Shown piece by piece: positions 24,545 through 35,890 of a DNA stretch of 42,412 nt; within the stretch, counting starts at the first letter, position 1; every line of letters begins with the position of its first letter. Position numbers and translations under genes: made by a program. The stretch lies in contig NC_068983.1 in assembly GCF_001194135.2 (NCBI RefSeq), forward strand, positions 86,702,603 to 86,745,014, given 5' to 3'. A model generated the notes under the pieces. The model ran no database searches. It was not told the origin of the DNA and saw only the letters and a list, made by a program, of their open reading frames with translations. This stretch comes from Octopus bimaculoides. Taxonomy: Eukaryota.

Positions 24545-24780
24545 GGCCTGTGGCCTTGTAGTTAGCGTGCTGCATGCACAATCGTGAGATCGTGGGTTCT
24601 GTTCTCGGACCGAGTAATGCGTTGCGTTCATGAGCAAAACACTTCATCTGTCTGTTCTGTGATCACTTCGACCTTTGACGTGTGTCAAACCGTGCACCTG
24701 TACAAGCAATGTCTATTTAATGAAGAGAGTACAGAACAAACATTTGACCACAATAAACAAATCACCTGTGCAGGTTGTTC
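24545..24780 (+). mobile_element. Degraded tRNA-derived SINE (fourth type)
   Basis: tgtggccttgtagttagcgtg (A box-like), gtgggttctgttc (B box-like), gagcaaaacacttcat body. Confidence 0.5.
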
Positions 24781-25604
24781 ATATATATATATATATATAT
24801 ATATATANNNNNNNNNNNNNNNNNNNNNNNNNNNNNNNNNNNNNNNNNNNNNNNNNNNNNNNNNNNNNNNNNNNNNNNNNNNNNNNNNNNNNNNNNNNNN
24901 NNNNNNNNNNNNNNNNNNNNNNNNNNNNNNNNNNNNNNNNNNNNNNNNNNNNNNNNNNNNNNNNNNNNNNNNNNNNNNNNNNNNNNNNNNNNNNNNNNNN
25001 NNNNNNNNNNNNNNNNNNNNNNNNNNNNNNNNNNNNNNNNNNNNNNNNNNNNNNNNNNNNNNNNNNNNNNNNNNNNNNNNNNNNNNNNNNNNNNNNNNNN
25101 NNNNNNNNNNNNNNNNNNNNNNNNNNNNNNNNNNNNNNNNNNNNNNNNNNNNNNNNNNNNNNNNNNNNNNNNNNNNNNNNNNNNNNNNNNNNNNNNNNNN
25201 NNNNNNNNNNNNNNNNNNNNNNNNNNNNNNNNNNNNNNNNNNNNNNNNNNNNNNNNNNNNNNNNNNNNNNNNNNNNNNNNNNNNNNNNNNNNNNNNNNNN
25301 NNNNNNNNNNNNNNNNNNNNNNNNNNNNNNNNNNNNNNNNNNNNNNNNNNNNNNNNNNNNNNNNNNNNNNNNNNNNNNNNNNNNNNNNNNNNNNNNNNNN
25401 NNNNNNNNNNNNNNNNNNNNNNNNNNNNNNNNNNNNNNNNNNNNNNNNNNNNNNNNNNNNNNNNNNNNNNNNNNNNNNNNNNNNNNNNNNNNNNNNNNNN
25501 NNNNNNNNNNNNNNNNNNNNNNNNNNNNNNNNNNNNNNNNNNNNNNNNNNATGACTGCAGAGCAGTGAGAGAAATAAATAAAGAAACGTATACAAAATAA
25601 TAAA

Positions 25605-25632
25605 AGAAAGAAAGAAAGAAAGAAAGAAAGGA

Positions 25633-25692
<60 letters not shown>

Positions 25693-25725
25693 AGGAAAGA
25701 AAGAAAGAATGAAAGAAAGAAAGAG
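25605..25725. repeat. (GAAA)n microsatellite
   Basis: Direct reading. Confidence 0.95.
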
Positions 25726-26166
25726 GAAGAGTAAAAAATAAAAATGAAAACCGTATAATAAAAGAAAAACCAACAAAGAAAAGAAGGAAGTATGTATAGT
25801 TGTGACCGGCACAGTAGTAGATTTAATCAAAATCTGTTGATGGTGATATCATGATGGATAGCTTTGTTTCCTAGGAGAGGACATAGATTTAGTATTTGAT
25901 TATTTAGAGTAAAGCACGACCTACAGTTGCAGCCAAAAAGAGTCCTGCTGAAATCAACCGCCGCTCCTAAAGCAGAGGGTGTGTCATATTTATTATCTGA
26001 AAGCTAAACATATTTCAAAGCCTCAGAACAATTTTAAACGTCGCCATAGCGTTTGATAAAAATATTAAAAAGTTTTTATTTATGTTGTACTTAGATCACA
26101 TTAAATCATATACTATATCATGTTTGGACTGAATAATGCCTTGTATTCGTCAAGATTTATTTTTGT

Positions 26167-26228
<62 letters not shown>

Positions 26229-26351
26229 NNNNNNNNNNNNNNNNNNNNNNGTTTTGATTAGTTTTGTTTTCTGAATGATCAATGAATCTTTTTTTTTTTC
26301 CTTTTCAGCTTTACCTCTAAGAAACATGCCGAAATCTAAAAACTCTTGAAG

Positions 26352-26412
<61 letters not shown>
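26352..26412. repeat. (ATT)n microsatellite
   Basis: Direct reading. Confidence 0.95.
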
Positions 26413-26416
<4 letters not shown>

Positions 26417-26860
26417 TGCGTATTCTAAGACATCCTCCCTTCACGTTCCCACTTCCCGCCATTACCATTTAGGCGGTATATTGAGTAACGGTGTCGTTGA
26501 CTCAGTAGAAAAACAAAAGAATAGGAATATGTAAGGATACACATATATATGTGTGTGTGTATGTGTGTGTGCATGTGCGTGCGTGTGGATGTATGTATGC
26601 ATATATACATGTATATATGTATATATGTATGCATTTATATGTATGTATATATGTATGTAAGTTTTTTTTGTTTGCTAGTTTTTTTTTTATGTAGCTTTCA
26701 TAGCATTTCAGGCACATATCACTTACGGTATGTTAAAGAAAAAACATATGAAATGAAAATTCTGTTTGAGAACATCACTTGATCTTAGCTAACTCAATAT
26801 TAGAGCCACTCTTAATTTCTCTTGGTTAAAGTGTAATGCACCTTTAAATATTTGCACCTT

Positions 26861-27363
26861 TAAAAAGGCGGCGAGCTGGCAGAAACGTTAGCTCGCCGGG
26901 TGAAATGCTTTGCGATATTTCGTCTGCCGCTACGTTCTGAGTTCAAATTCCGTCGAGGTCGACTTTGCCTTTCGTCCTTCCGGGTACGATAAATTAAGTA
27001 CCAGTTACGCACTGCGCTCGATGTAATCGACTCATCTCCAAACTGCCGTTGTGGCAAAAATTTGAAATGATTATTATTACTGCGAAAGCGAAGGCGGCGA
27101 GCTGGCAGAATCCCTTTGTCTGTCCTTGTTTGTCCCCTCAATGTTTAGCCCCTTGTGGGCAATAAAGAAATAAGAAACGTTAGCACGCCGGGCGAAATGC
27201 TTAGGGGTATTTCGTCTGTCCTTATGTTCAAATTCCGCCGAGATCGACTTTGCTTTTCATCCTTTCAGGGTCGATAAATTAAGTACCAGTTGCGTACTTG
27301 GGTCTATCTAATCGACTGGCCCCCTCCCCCAAAATTTCGAGCCTTGTGCCTCGAGTAGAAAAG
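26861..27363 (+). mobile_element. Composite SINE-A (monomer + linker + interrupted second monomer) inside one TSD
   Basis: Heads at 26865 and 27092, linker attattattactgcgaaagcg (27070-90), an insert of about 60 bp at 27112-27173, and TSD AATATTTGCACCTT at 26847-60 and 27364-77. Confidence 0.88.
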
Positions 27364-27499
27364 AATATTTGCACCTTCAAAAGACAGAAAATAAGTTGAA
27401 AAACAACATTTTCTTCACTACATCTTTCTAATTTACTCATACATGTTATACTTACCTCTTCCCCACCACTATAATTGAAGTCACGAAGTCACGAAATCG

Positions 27500-29905
27500 A
27501 ATTCCATTTTGGTGATTGAATTCTTGCTAACATCTACAAATATCGGGCGGTCGGCCACTAAACCGACAACTCGACAGAGCGTGCTCTGTGAGGAGGGTGT
27601 TTTTCTTCCTATTTGGCTACCCTACAGGATGAAAACAAGACCTGTCTGAGGGCGGATAAACTTTGAGGTGTCAACAGCGATCCAAATACTATTTCTTTAG
27701 ATGAAGATATTACCACTTTAGACAGCAGTAATAATAATTATGAATACCCCGAAGACAAAAAATAACAAAGAATGTTTTCATGGGAATAAATCTAGTATAG
27801 AAGGAAAAGGGTCTCTTTAGCTTTGACTGGCAACCCCATCTCGATAAAAAATACTGGTAGTTGTGATGCCTCACTAACATAATCCTCTTTATGAGTGACA
27901 TGCTAAATAAAAATTATCACGACTGCGTTCATGAGACCCAAAGCCCGAGCGAAGGCTTCTTGCAGGGCAAGTGTTCCACTGCACAGCAGGGTGAACCTGA
28001 CCATTATCCAAATACTGCTACAAAGATTAGGAGAAAATGAACTAAAAAAAACAATGAAGTGTAATAGAATGCTATTACAGAGCCTATCAAAGTTGGATAC
28101 AACAAAATAATGCATAAAATTTGGACATGCTCCCTATCACAGAGCTAAGACTTCTAAACCAAAAATATTTAGGTTTAGGCAGTGGTTATCCCAGTTGGAA
28201 CTGGAGGAGATCCACACAATAATGAAAGTGTGTGAACATGACTACGCTGAACACTGAGAACAAAAAGCAGAACAAGAAAAGGGATTAGTAGAGAGACCAA
28301 TAAATTCCGACAAAAGAAACAGCTGCCCGGGCGAAGGCAAAGTTTAGTTTGTGGAGGAAAAGACTGTTACAGAGACAGAAAGAAGCTTACTACTGCATCT
28401 AAATGGGACAGGAAATAGCGAAAGAAAGAGGCTTCCAGCTCTGAGAGGAATCTAAAGAAGAAAACTATATAAAATAGTGAAAAAGTGGATGAACTGTTAA
28501 AGAAAATCTACATCGAAAACATAACATACCTAAACAACCTTATATATCTTGCAGCTTCTGCCGCAGTGCAAATTCTTGGGGTTAAAACTTAAAGAAAAAC
28601 ATTGGACAAAGCCCCATGTGAGAACGAAGACTTGGGAACCAAACTGAATAGCTCAAGAGGGATCTTGAACGGATACATGCAATCATAGAAAGAAGAGAGT
28701 GAGAAATAGACACAGGAAGGAATTACAAAGGACTGTAGGTAATTAAAGAACTAAGGCTAAAAAAAATTCAAAGCAGCGTCGGATAAAAAAAGAGAAACAG
28801 ATACTAACAAAGAACAAATTAGTACCAGCTGAATAGTCTTTCCAAGAACCTCGAAAAAACTTAATAAACGATTAAACAATGAAGTGGTACATAAAAAGAA
28901 TGACATGCCATATGCGGAAGCGGCCAGAAAATTTTAAGTATAAATCTAGAGCAAAAAAGTCCAACATAAAAGCAGACTGGTTGAGGGAGTTTAAAAAAGA
29001 AATGGAAATTGGAGTGACACAAGAAAATATACCACTCACAGATAAGAAAGTACAAGAGATGATCAAGAAAGTACAAGAGATGATCAAGAAAGTACAAGAG
29101 ATGATCAAGAAAGTACAAGAGATGATCAAGAAAGTACCAAACTGGAAAATCCCCGAACTGGATATTGTCTTGGATTTCTGGATCAAAAATCTCCCATGTG
29201 TACATTGATATCTACGACCATTTTTACTGACTGTTTAGAAAATGGAAAAACCAACATGGATGACAAAAGGAAGGTAAGTGCTAATACAGACGGACAAAGA
29301 AAAGATAGAATAAGTCAACTATTATAGACATTTTACTTGTTTACCATTACTCTGGAAACTATTAATTGGTCTGTGTTGGCAAAAGAGTGTATTGAGATAT
29401 TAGCCGAATATGTGACTTCAAAATAACAAAAAAGTAATAGGAACACGAACCAGAAGCTGTGATAAAAAATGAGAATAACAAGATTTTGTGGGATTTCCCC
29501 ATAATGACTGACCATACTACTGAAACAAGAAGACCAGATATGATTATAGAGGACAATATAAGCAGTGTAAGATCATAGATTTTGCAATTTCGTATGATAG
29601 CAGAGCCGATACCAAAGAAATTGAAAAAATTGGGAAATATCAGGATCTAGCCAAAGAGCTGAGGAGACTATGGAAGACTAAGACACCAATTATTCCAATG
29701 GTAATCGATGCACTTGGCACAACACTCAAAATGCTACCAAGAAGATTGAAAGAGATTGGAACAGAAACCCGCATTTCGACCTACGGAAAAGTACCATCCT
29801 ATATTCTTCAAGGATCTTAAGGAGGATTCTTGAGATTTGAGGAGGCTTATTGCCACCAAACTTCAAGATAAAATCCCTGCCAAGTAAATTAGCATGTCCT
29901 AATAA

Positions 29906-29991
<86 letters not shown>
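27500..29991 (+). mobile_element. R4/Dong-like LINE with both ends retained and an internal deletion
   Basis: N-terminal KIRRK*TKK..ECYY..GYNKIMHKIW, RKRLPALRG, RT start NWKIPELD..FWIK..CLPLLWKLLIG joined at about 29370 to VGKRVY*DI..EHEPEAVI..KILWDF..RRPDMII..KYQDLAKELRRLW..RRILEI* (stop 29838-40). (TAA)n tail at 29907-29991. The 5' boundary is approximate. Confidence 0.85.
29044..29137 (+). repeat. Perfect 21-bp tandem repeat x4.5 (AAGAAAGTACAAGAGATGATC; KKVQEMI in the LINE frame)
   Basis: Units start at 29044, 29065, 29086 and 29107, with a partial unit at 29128. Confidence 0.95.
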
Positions 29992-29992
<1 letters not shown>

Positions 29993-30671
29993 GGTTTCAA
30001 ATTTTGGAACAAGGCCAGCAGTTTAGAGGGTGGGGGTAAGTCGACCCTAGTTCTCAACTGGTACTTACTTTATCGACCTGTAAAGGATGGAAAGCAAAGT
30101 CGACCTCAGAGAACTTTGAAGTCAGAATGTAAAGACGGATGAAGTGCTGCTAAGTAGTTTGTCCGGCGTGCCAATGATTCTGCCAGCTCACCACCTTCTT
30201 AATAGTAAGCTTTTCTACTATAGGTACAAGGCCTGAAATTTTAGGGTAAGGGGGCTAGTCGATCACATCGATCCCAGTGCTTAACTGGTGCTTATTTTAT
30301 TGATCACGAAAAGAAGAGAAGCAAAGGATGAAAGGATGAGAGGCAAAGTCGAACTCGGTTAAACTCAGAAAGAAAAGACGGAGCAAATATTGCTGAGCAT
30401 TTTGTTTGGCGGGTTAACGATTTTACCCGCTCGCCGGCATAATGATAATGATAATCTTTTCTACTAAAGGCACAAGGCCCGAAATTTGTCTTTTGTAGGG
30501 AGGGACTAGTCGATTATATCGATGCCAGTGTTTCACTGGTACTAAATTTATCGACCCTGAAAGGAGGAAAAGCAAAGTCGACCGCAGCGGACATTGAACT
30601 CAGAACGTAAAGGACGACATGCCGCTAAGCATTTTGCCCGGTGTATAAACGATTTCGCCAGCTCGCCGCTT
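29991..30671 (-). mobile_element. Three head-to-tail SINE-A copies
   Basis: Units at about 29991-30197, 30210-30438 and 30455-30671. Each has the core (gaaaggatgaaaggcaaagtcga-like on the plus strand). Spacers are short TAA/TGA triplets. Confidence 0.88.
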
Positions 30672-30674
30672 TAG

Positions 30675-30741
<67 letters not shown>
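30675..30741. repeat. (TAA)n microsatellite
   Basis: Lies between the SINE head and the LINE 5' truncation. Confidence 0.95.
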
Positions 30742-30744
<3 letters not shown>

Positions 30745-31823
30745 CAAAAAAGCATCATACTCAGTAACAAAACAGGCAAAGGAATATATATGTGAATTCC
30801 AAATACAACAAATCCCAGAATTAGACGTACTGGAAACAAGCACAGAAAAAAGCTAAGCGTATGAAAACCCGTACTAAAACTGCTGCCTTAGATATTCTTA
30901 TTGATACATGGCAAGAAAATCTTCTCAATGACAAATACCCATAGAGAGCTAATATTGCCGATGTTGACAAAGCCCGTACCCATTAATAGTTAGCGTCTTC
31001 TGGCTTAAAATCAGAAACAGAAGGTTTATCATAGCAGCCCAAGATCAATGCCTACCTACAAGGAACTACCAAGTCAACATATTAAAGAACGGCAGTAGCC
31101 CAACATGTCGTGTATGTAAGCAACAAAATGAAACCATTGATCATGTTGTTTCCATGTGCAGTCTTCTTGCGCCAATAGAGCATCTCAACAAGCATGATAG
31201 TGCAGAACAATATATTCACTGGGTAATTTGCAAAAACCTGGACCTGTTCCATACTAAAAGCTAGTGGGAACACAAACCACCTCCAGTGCTTCAAGATGGT
31301 CACATCTCACTCCTCTGGAACTTCACCGTTCAAACTGGGAGAAAGATAGATGCGAATAGGCCTGACATTATTTTGAAAGATTTCAGACAAAAATCATGCC
31401 TGCTCATTGATATGACTATCCCAGTTGACATAAATGTATCTGTCAAGACCTACCAAAACCTGAGCAAGTATAAAGATCTTGAAATAGAAATTGGCAAAAT
31501 GTAGATCCTCAAAACTAGAACAATACCTGTTGTCATAGGTGCCCTAGGAATGATAGCAAAAGGGGCTGATTTCTACCTAGCTCAGATATCAGGAAACCTC
31601 AAAATGGCATAAATTCAAAAGATAGTGACAATATCCGACGTAAAATATTGTCTAGGTAATCTCAAATTTTAAAACAAACTCATAATTTTCTTGTGTTTTC
31701 TTAAACCAAATATATGACACCCAAGGCATAACACCAACATGAACTTCTAACTCGTTGTCTCTTGAGGTCTCTGGGTGAGACTTGGAGCCAACCTGTACAA
31801 ATACAAAGCAAAAGTCAAACATA
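30742..31823 (+). mobile_element. 5'-truncated R4/Dong-like LINE (CCHC + REL + 3'UTR)
   Basis: GLKSETEG(fs)..AAQDQCLPTRNYQVNILKNGSSPTCRVCKQQNETIDHVVSMC..LLWNFTVQTGRKIDANRPDIILKD..LLIDMTIP..KYKDLEIEI. Confidence 0.9.
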
Positions 31824-31982
31824 GAAGAAGAAGAAGAAGAAGAAGAAGAAGAAGAAGAAGAAGAAGAAGAAGAAGAAGAAGAAGAAGAAGAAGAAGAAGA
31901 AGAAGAAGAAGAAGAAGAAGAAGAAGAAGAAGAAGAAGAAGAAGAAGAAGAAGAAGAAGAAGAAGAAGAAGAAGAAGAAGAA
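31824..31982. repeat. (GAA)53 microsatellite
   Basis: Perfect run joining the LINE 3' end and the SINE 3' end. Confidence 0.95.
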
Positions 31983-32120
31983 TCTTTCAACTATATGCAC
32001 AAATCTGAAATTTTGGGTGTGAGGTTTTCTGATTTCATCGGTCCCAGCGCTTAATTGGTAGTTATTTTACCGACCCCAAAAAGGATGAAAAGGAAAGACG
32101 ATCTCCGGTAGAATCTGAAC
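31983..32120 (-). mobile_element. 5'-truncated SINE-A, followed by (TAA)n at 32121-32137
   Basis: Core ttattttaccgaccccaaaaggatgaaaaggaaag and tail aatctttcaactatatgcacaa on the plus strand. Confidence 0.75.
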
Positions 32121-34141
32121 GTAATAATAATAATAATAGGCTGAAATGAATGCTAATTGGTATTCCTGAATGAAAACACCATGTAACAGGCATATAGGAA
32201 TTCAAGGCCGTGATCTCGTATGCAGTTTCGTCTTAATTACTTCCAAAGTGCAAATGAAGTGTAAAACAAATCTTTGAAGAAAGGTGGGTGGCTGAAAGAA
32301 AGACATACACCTGTCAGTTAATTGCTGTCATAAACAACAATTAATTGCCTTGTATAAAACCAGATAATAATAACAAGCAAAAGGAAATCTCTCACAAGCA
32401 AACATTGTAAGTTATTAAACAAGAAATCTAAAGCTAGACAGACACTAAACTGAAATTATTGCTGTACAACAAATGAGGGTGTAAGCAATATAACAATGTA
32501 ATGAATGTATGCAAAATAAATAAACTGAAACCAGTAACTCAAAATAAATATTACATAACACAAAACAGTAACACATAAGAGTTAGTGATAAGGAAGATTC
32601 AGGTCAAATTATATACTTATATGTAAAGTCTTCGCTAAACTTCTAAATATCTAGGCTTATCTACAACACCTGCAGAACACTACCTTAACACTGTTCTATA
32701 GAAATACTTTCATTCCTACTCAGTCCGGACAAATATAAAAGACACCGAACACACATGCAGCCAAACAACAGCAGTGATCGATACATGGCCTACAGCTAAT
32801 TCTCTTTCAAGCAGCTACCATATCCCTGCATTTAAAGTTGCATTTGAAGTCGAAGTTTAAGCACGAACTCGACCTGAGAGCACTAATTATATGGACCTAT
32901 TATCGTATTACAAACAATATATTCCCCGCTCTATTGCAGCATAAATAACCATATCTATTCCAAACAATGCTTGGATACGACAGCCAGAGATAATTACTGA
33001 TAAATAGCAGCTGTTACATGCCGATCTTGTTCACCTTTGTTTGTCTCTGTGTATACATGAACGGATTAAGTAGGAGAGAAAATGCAACATACTCAGACTA
33101 CTGTATTACAATTCACATGACAAACAGTTGTATGTTGGAATGTACCACTCAACTGCTGGTACTTCACTTCACTTGTGGTACAAAACCATAATAACAGTGC
33201 AGTTAACATTTCACTTCACTTACGTCGAGAACGACATGAACGTCACAATCCTACTATTCCTCTTTTTCTAAAGTTACAGAACATTTCTATAAAAGAAATG
33301 CAGTAGTTATTAATATTCGATAGAGTTGGCGCAAGTAGTAGAGCCAGGTCAGGTACTTTATAATAACCTAACTCTCGTTTTCAGTGTTGCATCTTGGATC
33401 TTGTGTTTAGAAAGTTGCCAAAATTATGCTTCCTTCGAAAACAAGACTCAAGATTTTTTCAAAACACTAACACTTTGACAAGGATTTACTGAAATACGGG
33501 CATTCATTGCCACTACTTGACTAAACACTTCGTATCTTTTTGTACAGCTGAGCTAATTTTCATCTTTCCAATACGATACCTCTGAACTTTCTATGTATTT
33601 AAATTTATTCATTGATTAATATATGCACGCTTTCTAAGACAGTAATCTACAACCATACAGTAATCGATTTTCCTCAAATCCATTATACCTAGTAACCTTC
33701 CTGATCACCTTTCAGACTTGCCCCTTTATTATTTCCGTCACTTTTATCTTCAAGGGTTCTCTACCCCTTACTCTTTCTTGCTCTCTCTTTCACATCTTTC
33801 CTCTTCAACTTTCTCTATCTAGCCATTTTTATTTTCCTGTTTCATATATATTTTATTCAATTTTTAAAAATTTTCCTACAACGTAATAGAAATAACATAT
33901 TTTCACTTTTCTAACAGTTTTATAACATGGGAGATGAACTTCCAGTTGCAACATATCCTAACTTTCAACTAGCGGACAATTTTTATATATGGCTGCATTG
34001 ATTTTTCCGGAAACTTTGTTTCCAAAGTCTTCCCGGATTACTGATTTTTCCGAACAAGGGGTGGTCACCTTGATCAATACACTCCAAATCAAACAAATAT
34101 TAAAGTTACTTAAATACATGTGCCTGTACATTAGTTTTAAT

Positions 34142-34838
34142 CAGTGGTTCTCAACCATCTTTTATTTATGGNNNNNNNNNNNNNNNNNNNNNNNNNNNNN
34201 NNNNNNNNNNNNNNNNNNNNNNNNNNNNNNNNNNNNNNNNNNNNNNNNNNNNNNNNNNNNNNNNNNNNNNNNNNNNNNNNNNNNNNNNNNNNNNNNNNNN
34301 NNNNNNNNNNNNNNNNNNNNNNNNNNNNNNNNNNNNNNNNNNNNNNNNNNNNNNNNNNNNNNNNNNNNNNNNNNNNNNNNNNNNNNNNNNNNNNNNNNNN
34401 NNNNNNNNNNNNNNNNNNNNNNNNNNNNNNNNNNNNNNNNNNNNNNNNNNNNNNNNNNNNNNNNNNNNNNNNNNNNNNNNNNNNNNNNNNNNNNNNNNNN
34501 NNNNNNNNNNNNNNNNNNNNNNNNNNNNNNNNNNNNNNNNNNNNNNNNNNNNNNNNNNNNNNNNNNNNNNNNNNNNNNNNNNNNNNNNNNNNNNNNNNNN
34601 NNNNNNNNNNNNNNNNNNNNNNNNNNNNNNNNNNNNNNNNNNNNNNNNNNNNNNNNNNNNNNNNNNNNNNNNNNNNNNNNNNNNNNNNNNNNNNNNNNNN
34701 NNNNNNNNNNNNNNNNNNNNNNNNNNNNNNNNNNNNNNNNNNNNNNNNNNNNNNNNNNNNNNNNNNNNNNNNNNATATGGAACCCCAAGGGTCACGTGCA
34801 CCCTCAAGCGCCACATGGATCCTGGTTGAGAGCCACTG
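34142..34838. mobile_element. hAT-type MITE (interior in gap)
   Basis: TIRs CAGTGGTTCTCAACC / GGTTGAGAGCCACTG. Imperfect TSD (g)ttttaat / ctttaat. Confidence 0.75.
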
Positions 34839-34864
34839 CTTTAATGGATGGAAAAGGTTTAAGT

Positions 34865-35040
34865 CAGTAGTCCTCAACCATTTTTCACCTATGGACCTCT
34901 TTAATTCATATTTTACTTTACGGAAGCTCCCTACCCTTAGACATTTGATGTTTAAAAAAAGTTCCATTATATTTTTATAATTAGATATTCTTAGGAATTG
35001 TATTAAAAAATTGCTGAAATGCTTTGTGTGTTGTAGAAGT
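34865..35040. mobile_element. Truncated hAT-type MITE of the 5244-5580 family
   Basis: cagtagtcctcaaccatttttcacctatggacc matches the reverse complement of the 5580 end. The other end is not seen before the SINE array. Confidence 0.6.
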
Positions 35041-35047
35041 ATAACCA

Positions 35048-35860
35048 ATTTCGCCTGTCGCAACGTTCTGAGTTCAAATTCCGTCGAGGTAGACTTTGCC
35101 TTTCGTCCTTTCGGGGTCGATTAAATAAGTACCAGTTACGCACTGCGGTCGATGTAATCGACTCATCTCCACCTCTCCAAACTGCCCTTGTGGCAAAAAT
35201 TTGAAATAATTATTATTACTGCGAAAGCGGAGGCGGCGAGCTGGCAGAATCATTAGCACACCGGGTAAAATTCTGAGCGGTATTTCGCCCATCTTTACGC
35301 TCTGAGTTCAAATTCCGCCCTGGTCGACTTTGCTCTTTATACTTCCGGGGTCGATAAATTAAGTACCAGTTGCATACTGGGGTTGATGTGATCGACTTAC
35401 CCCTCCCTACAAAATTAAGGCCTTGAGCCTATTGTAGAAAGGATTATTACTGGGAAGGTGGCTACCTGGCAGAATCGTTAGCACGCTGGACAAAAAGCTT
35501 ACGGTATTTCCTCCAAGTGTACATTCTGAATTCAAATGCTACCGAGGTCAATTTTGCCTTTCATCTTTCAGGGTCAGTGAAATAAATACCAGTCGAGTAC
35601 TGCGGTCTATTTAATAGACCAGCCGCCTCCGTCAAAATTTCAAGCTTTGTACATGTAGTAGAAGGCTGGCAAAATCGTTGGCACGCTGGACTAAATACAT
35701 TGCGCTCGTCTTTATATTCTGGGTTCAAATTCCATCGAGCTCGACTTTGCCTTTCATCCTTTCGGGGTCGGTAAATTAAATACCAGAGAAACATTGGGGT
35801 TAATATAATCGACTAGTCCCCTCCAATCAAATTTCAGGAGTTGTGCCTACAGTAGAAAGG
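35048..35860 (+). mobile_element. Four head-to-tail SINE-A copies
   Basis: Units at about 35048-35208, 35230-35442, 35455-35663 and 35664-35860. (ATT)10 tail at 35861-35890. Confidence 0.88.
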
Positions 35861-35890
35861 ATTATTATTATTATTATTATTATTATTATT

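Noticed and set aside
27456-27621. Apparent minus-strand exon with excellent splice sites (tcatcctgtAG ... AG|GTAAGT)
   Set aside because: All three frames contain stops (the best is broken by an 8-bp duplication), and it mostly overlaps, antisense, the inferred 5' region of the Dong-like LINE.
29044-29137. Direct repeats as a possible CRISPR array (also 16803-17364)
   Set aside because: No spacers, eukaryotic context and no cas genes. These are simple tandem repeats.
32215-32315. Further hammerhead-like fragments (ttgaagaa..ctgaaa; minus-strand gtaattaagacgaaac)
   Set aside because: The core has two or more mismatches and the stems do not form.
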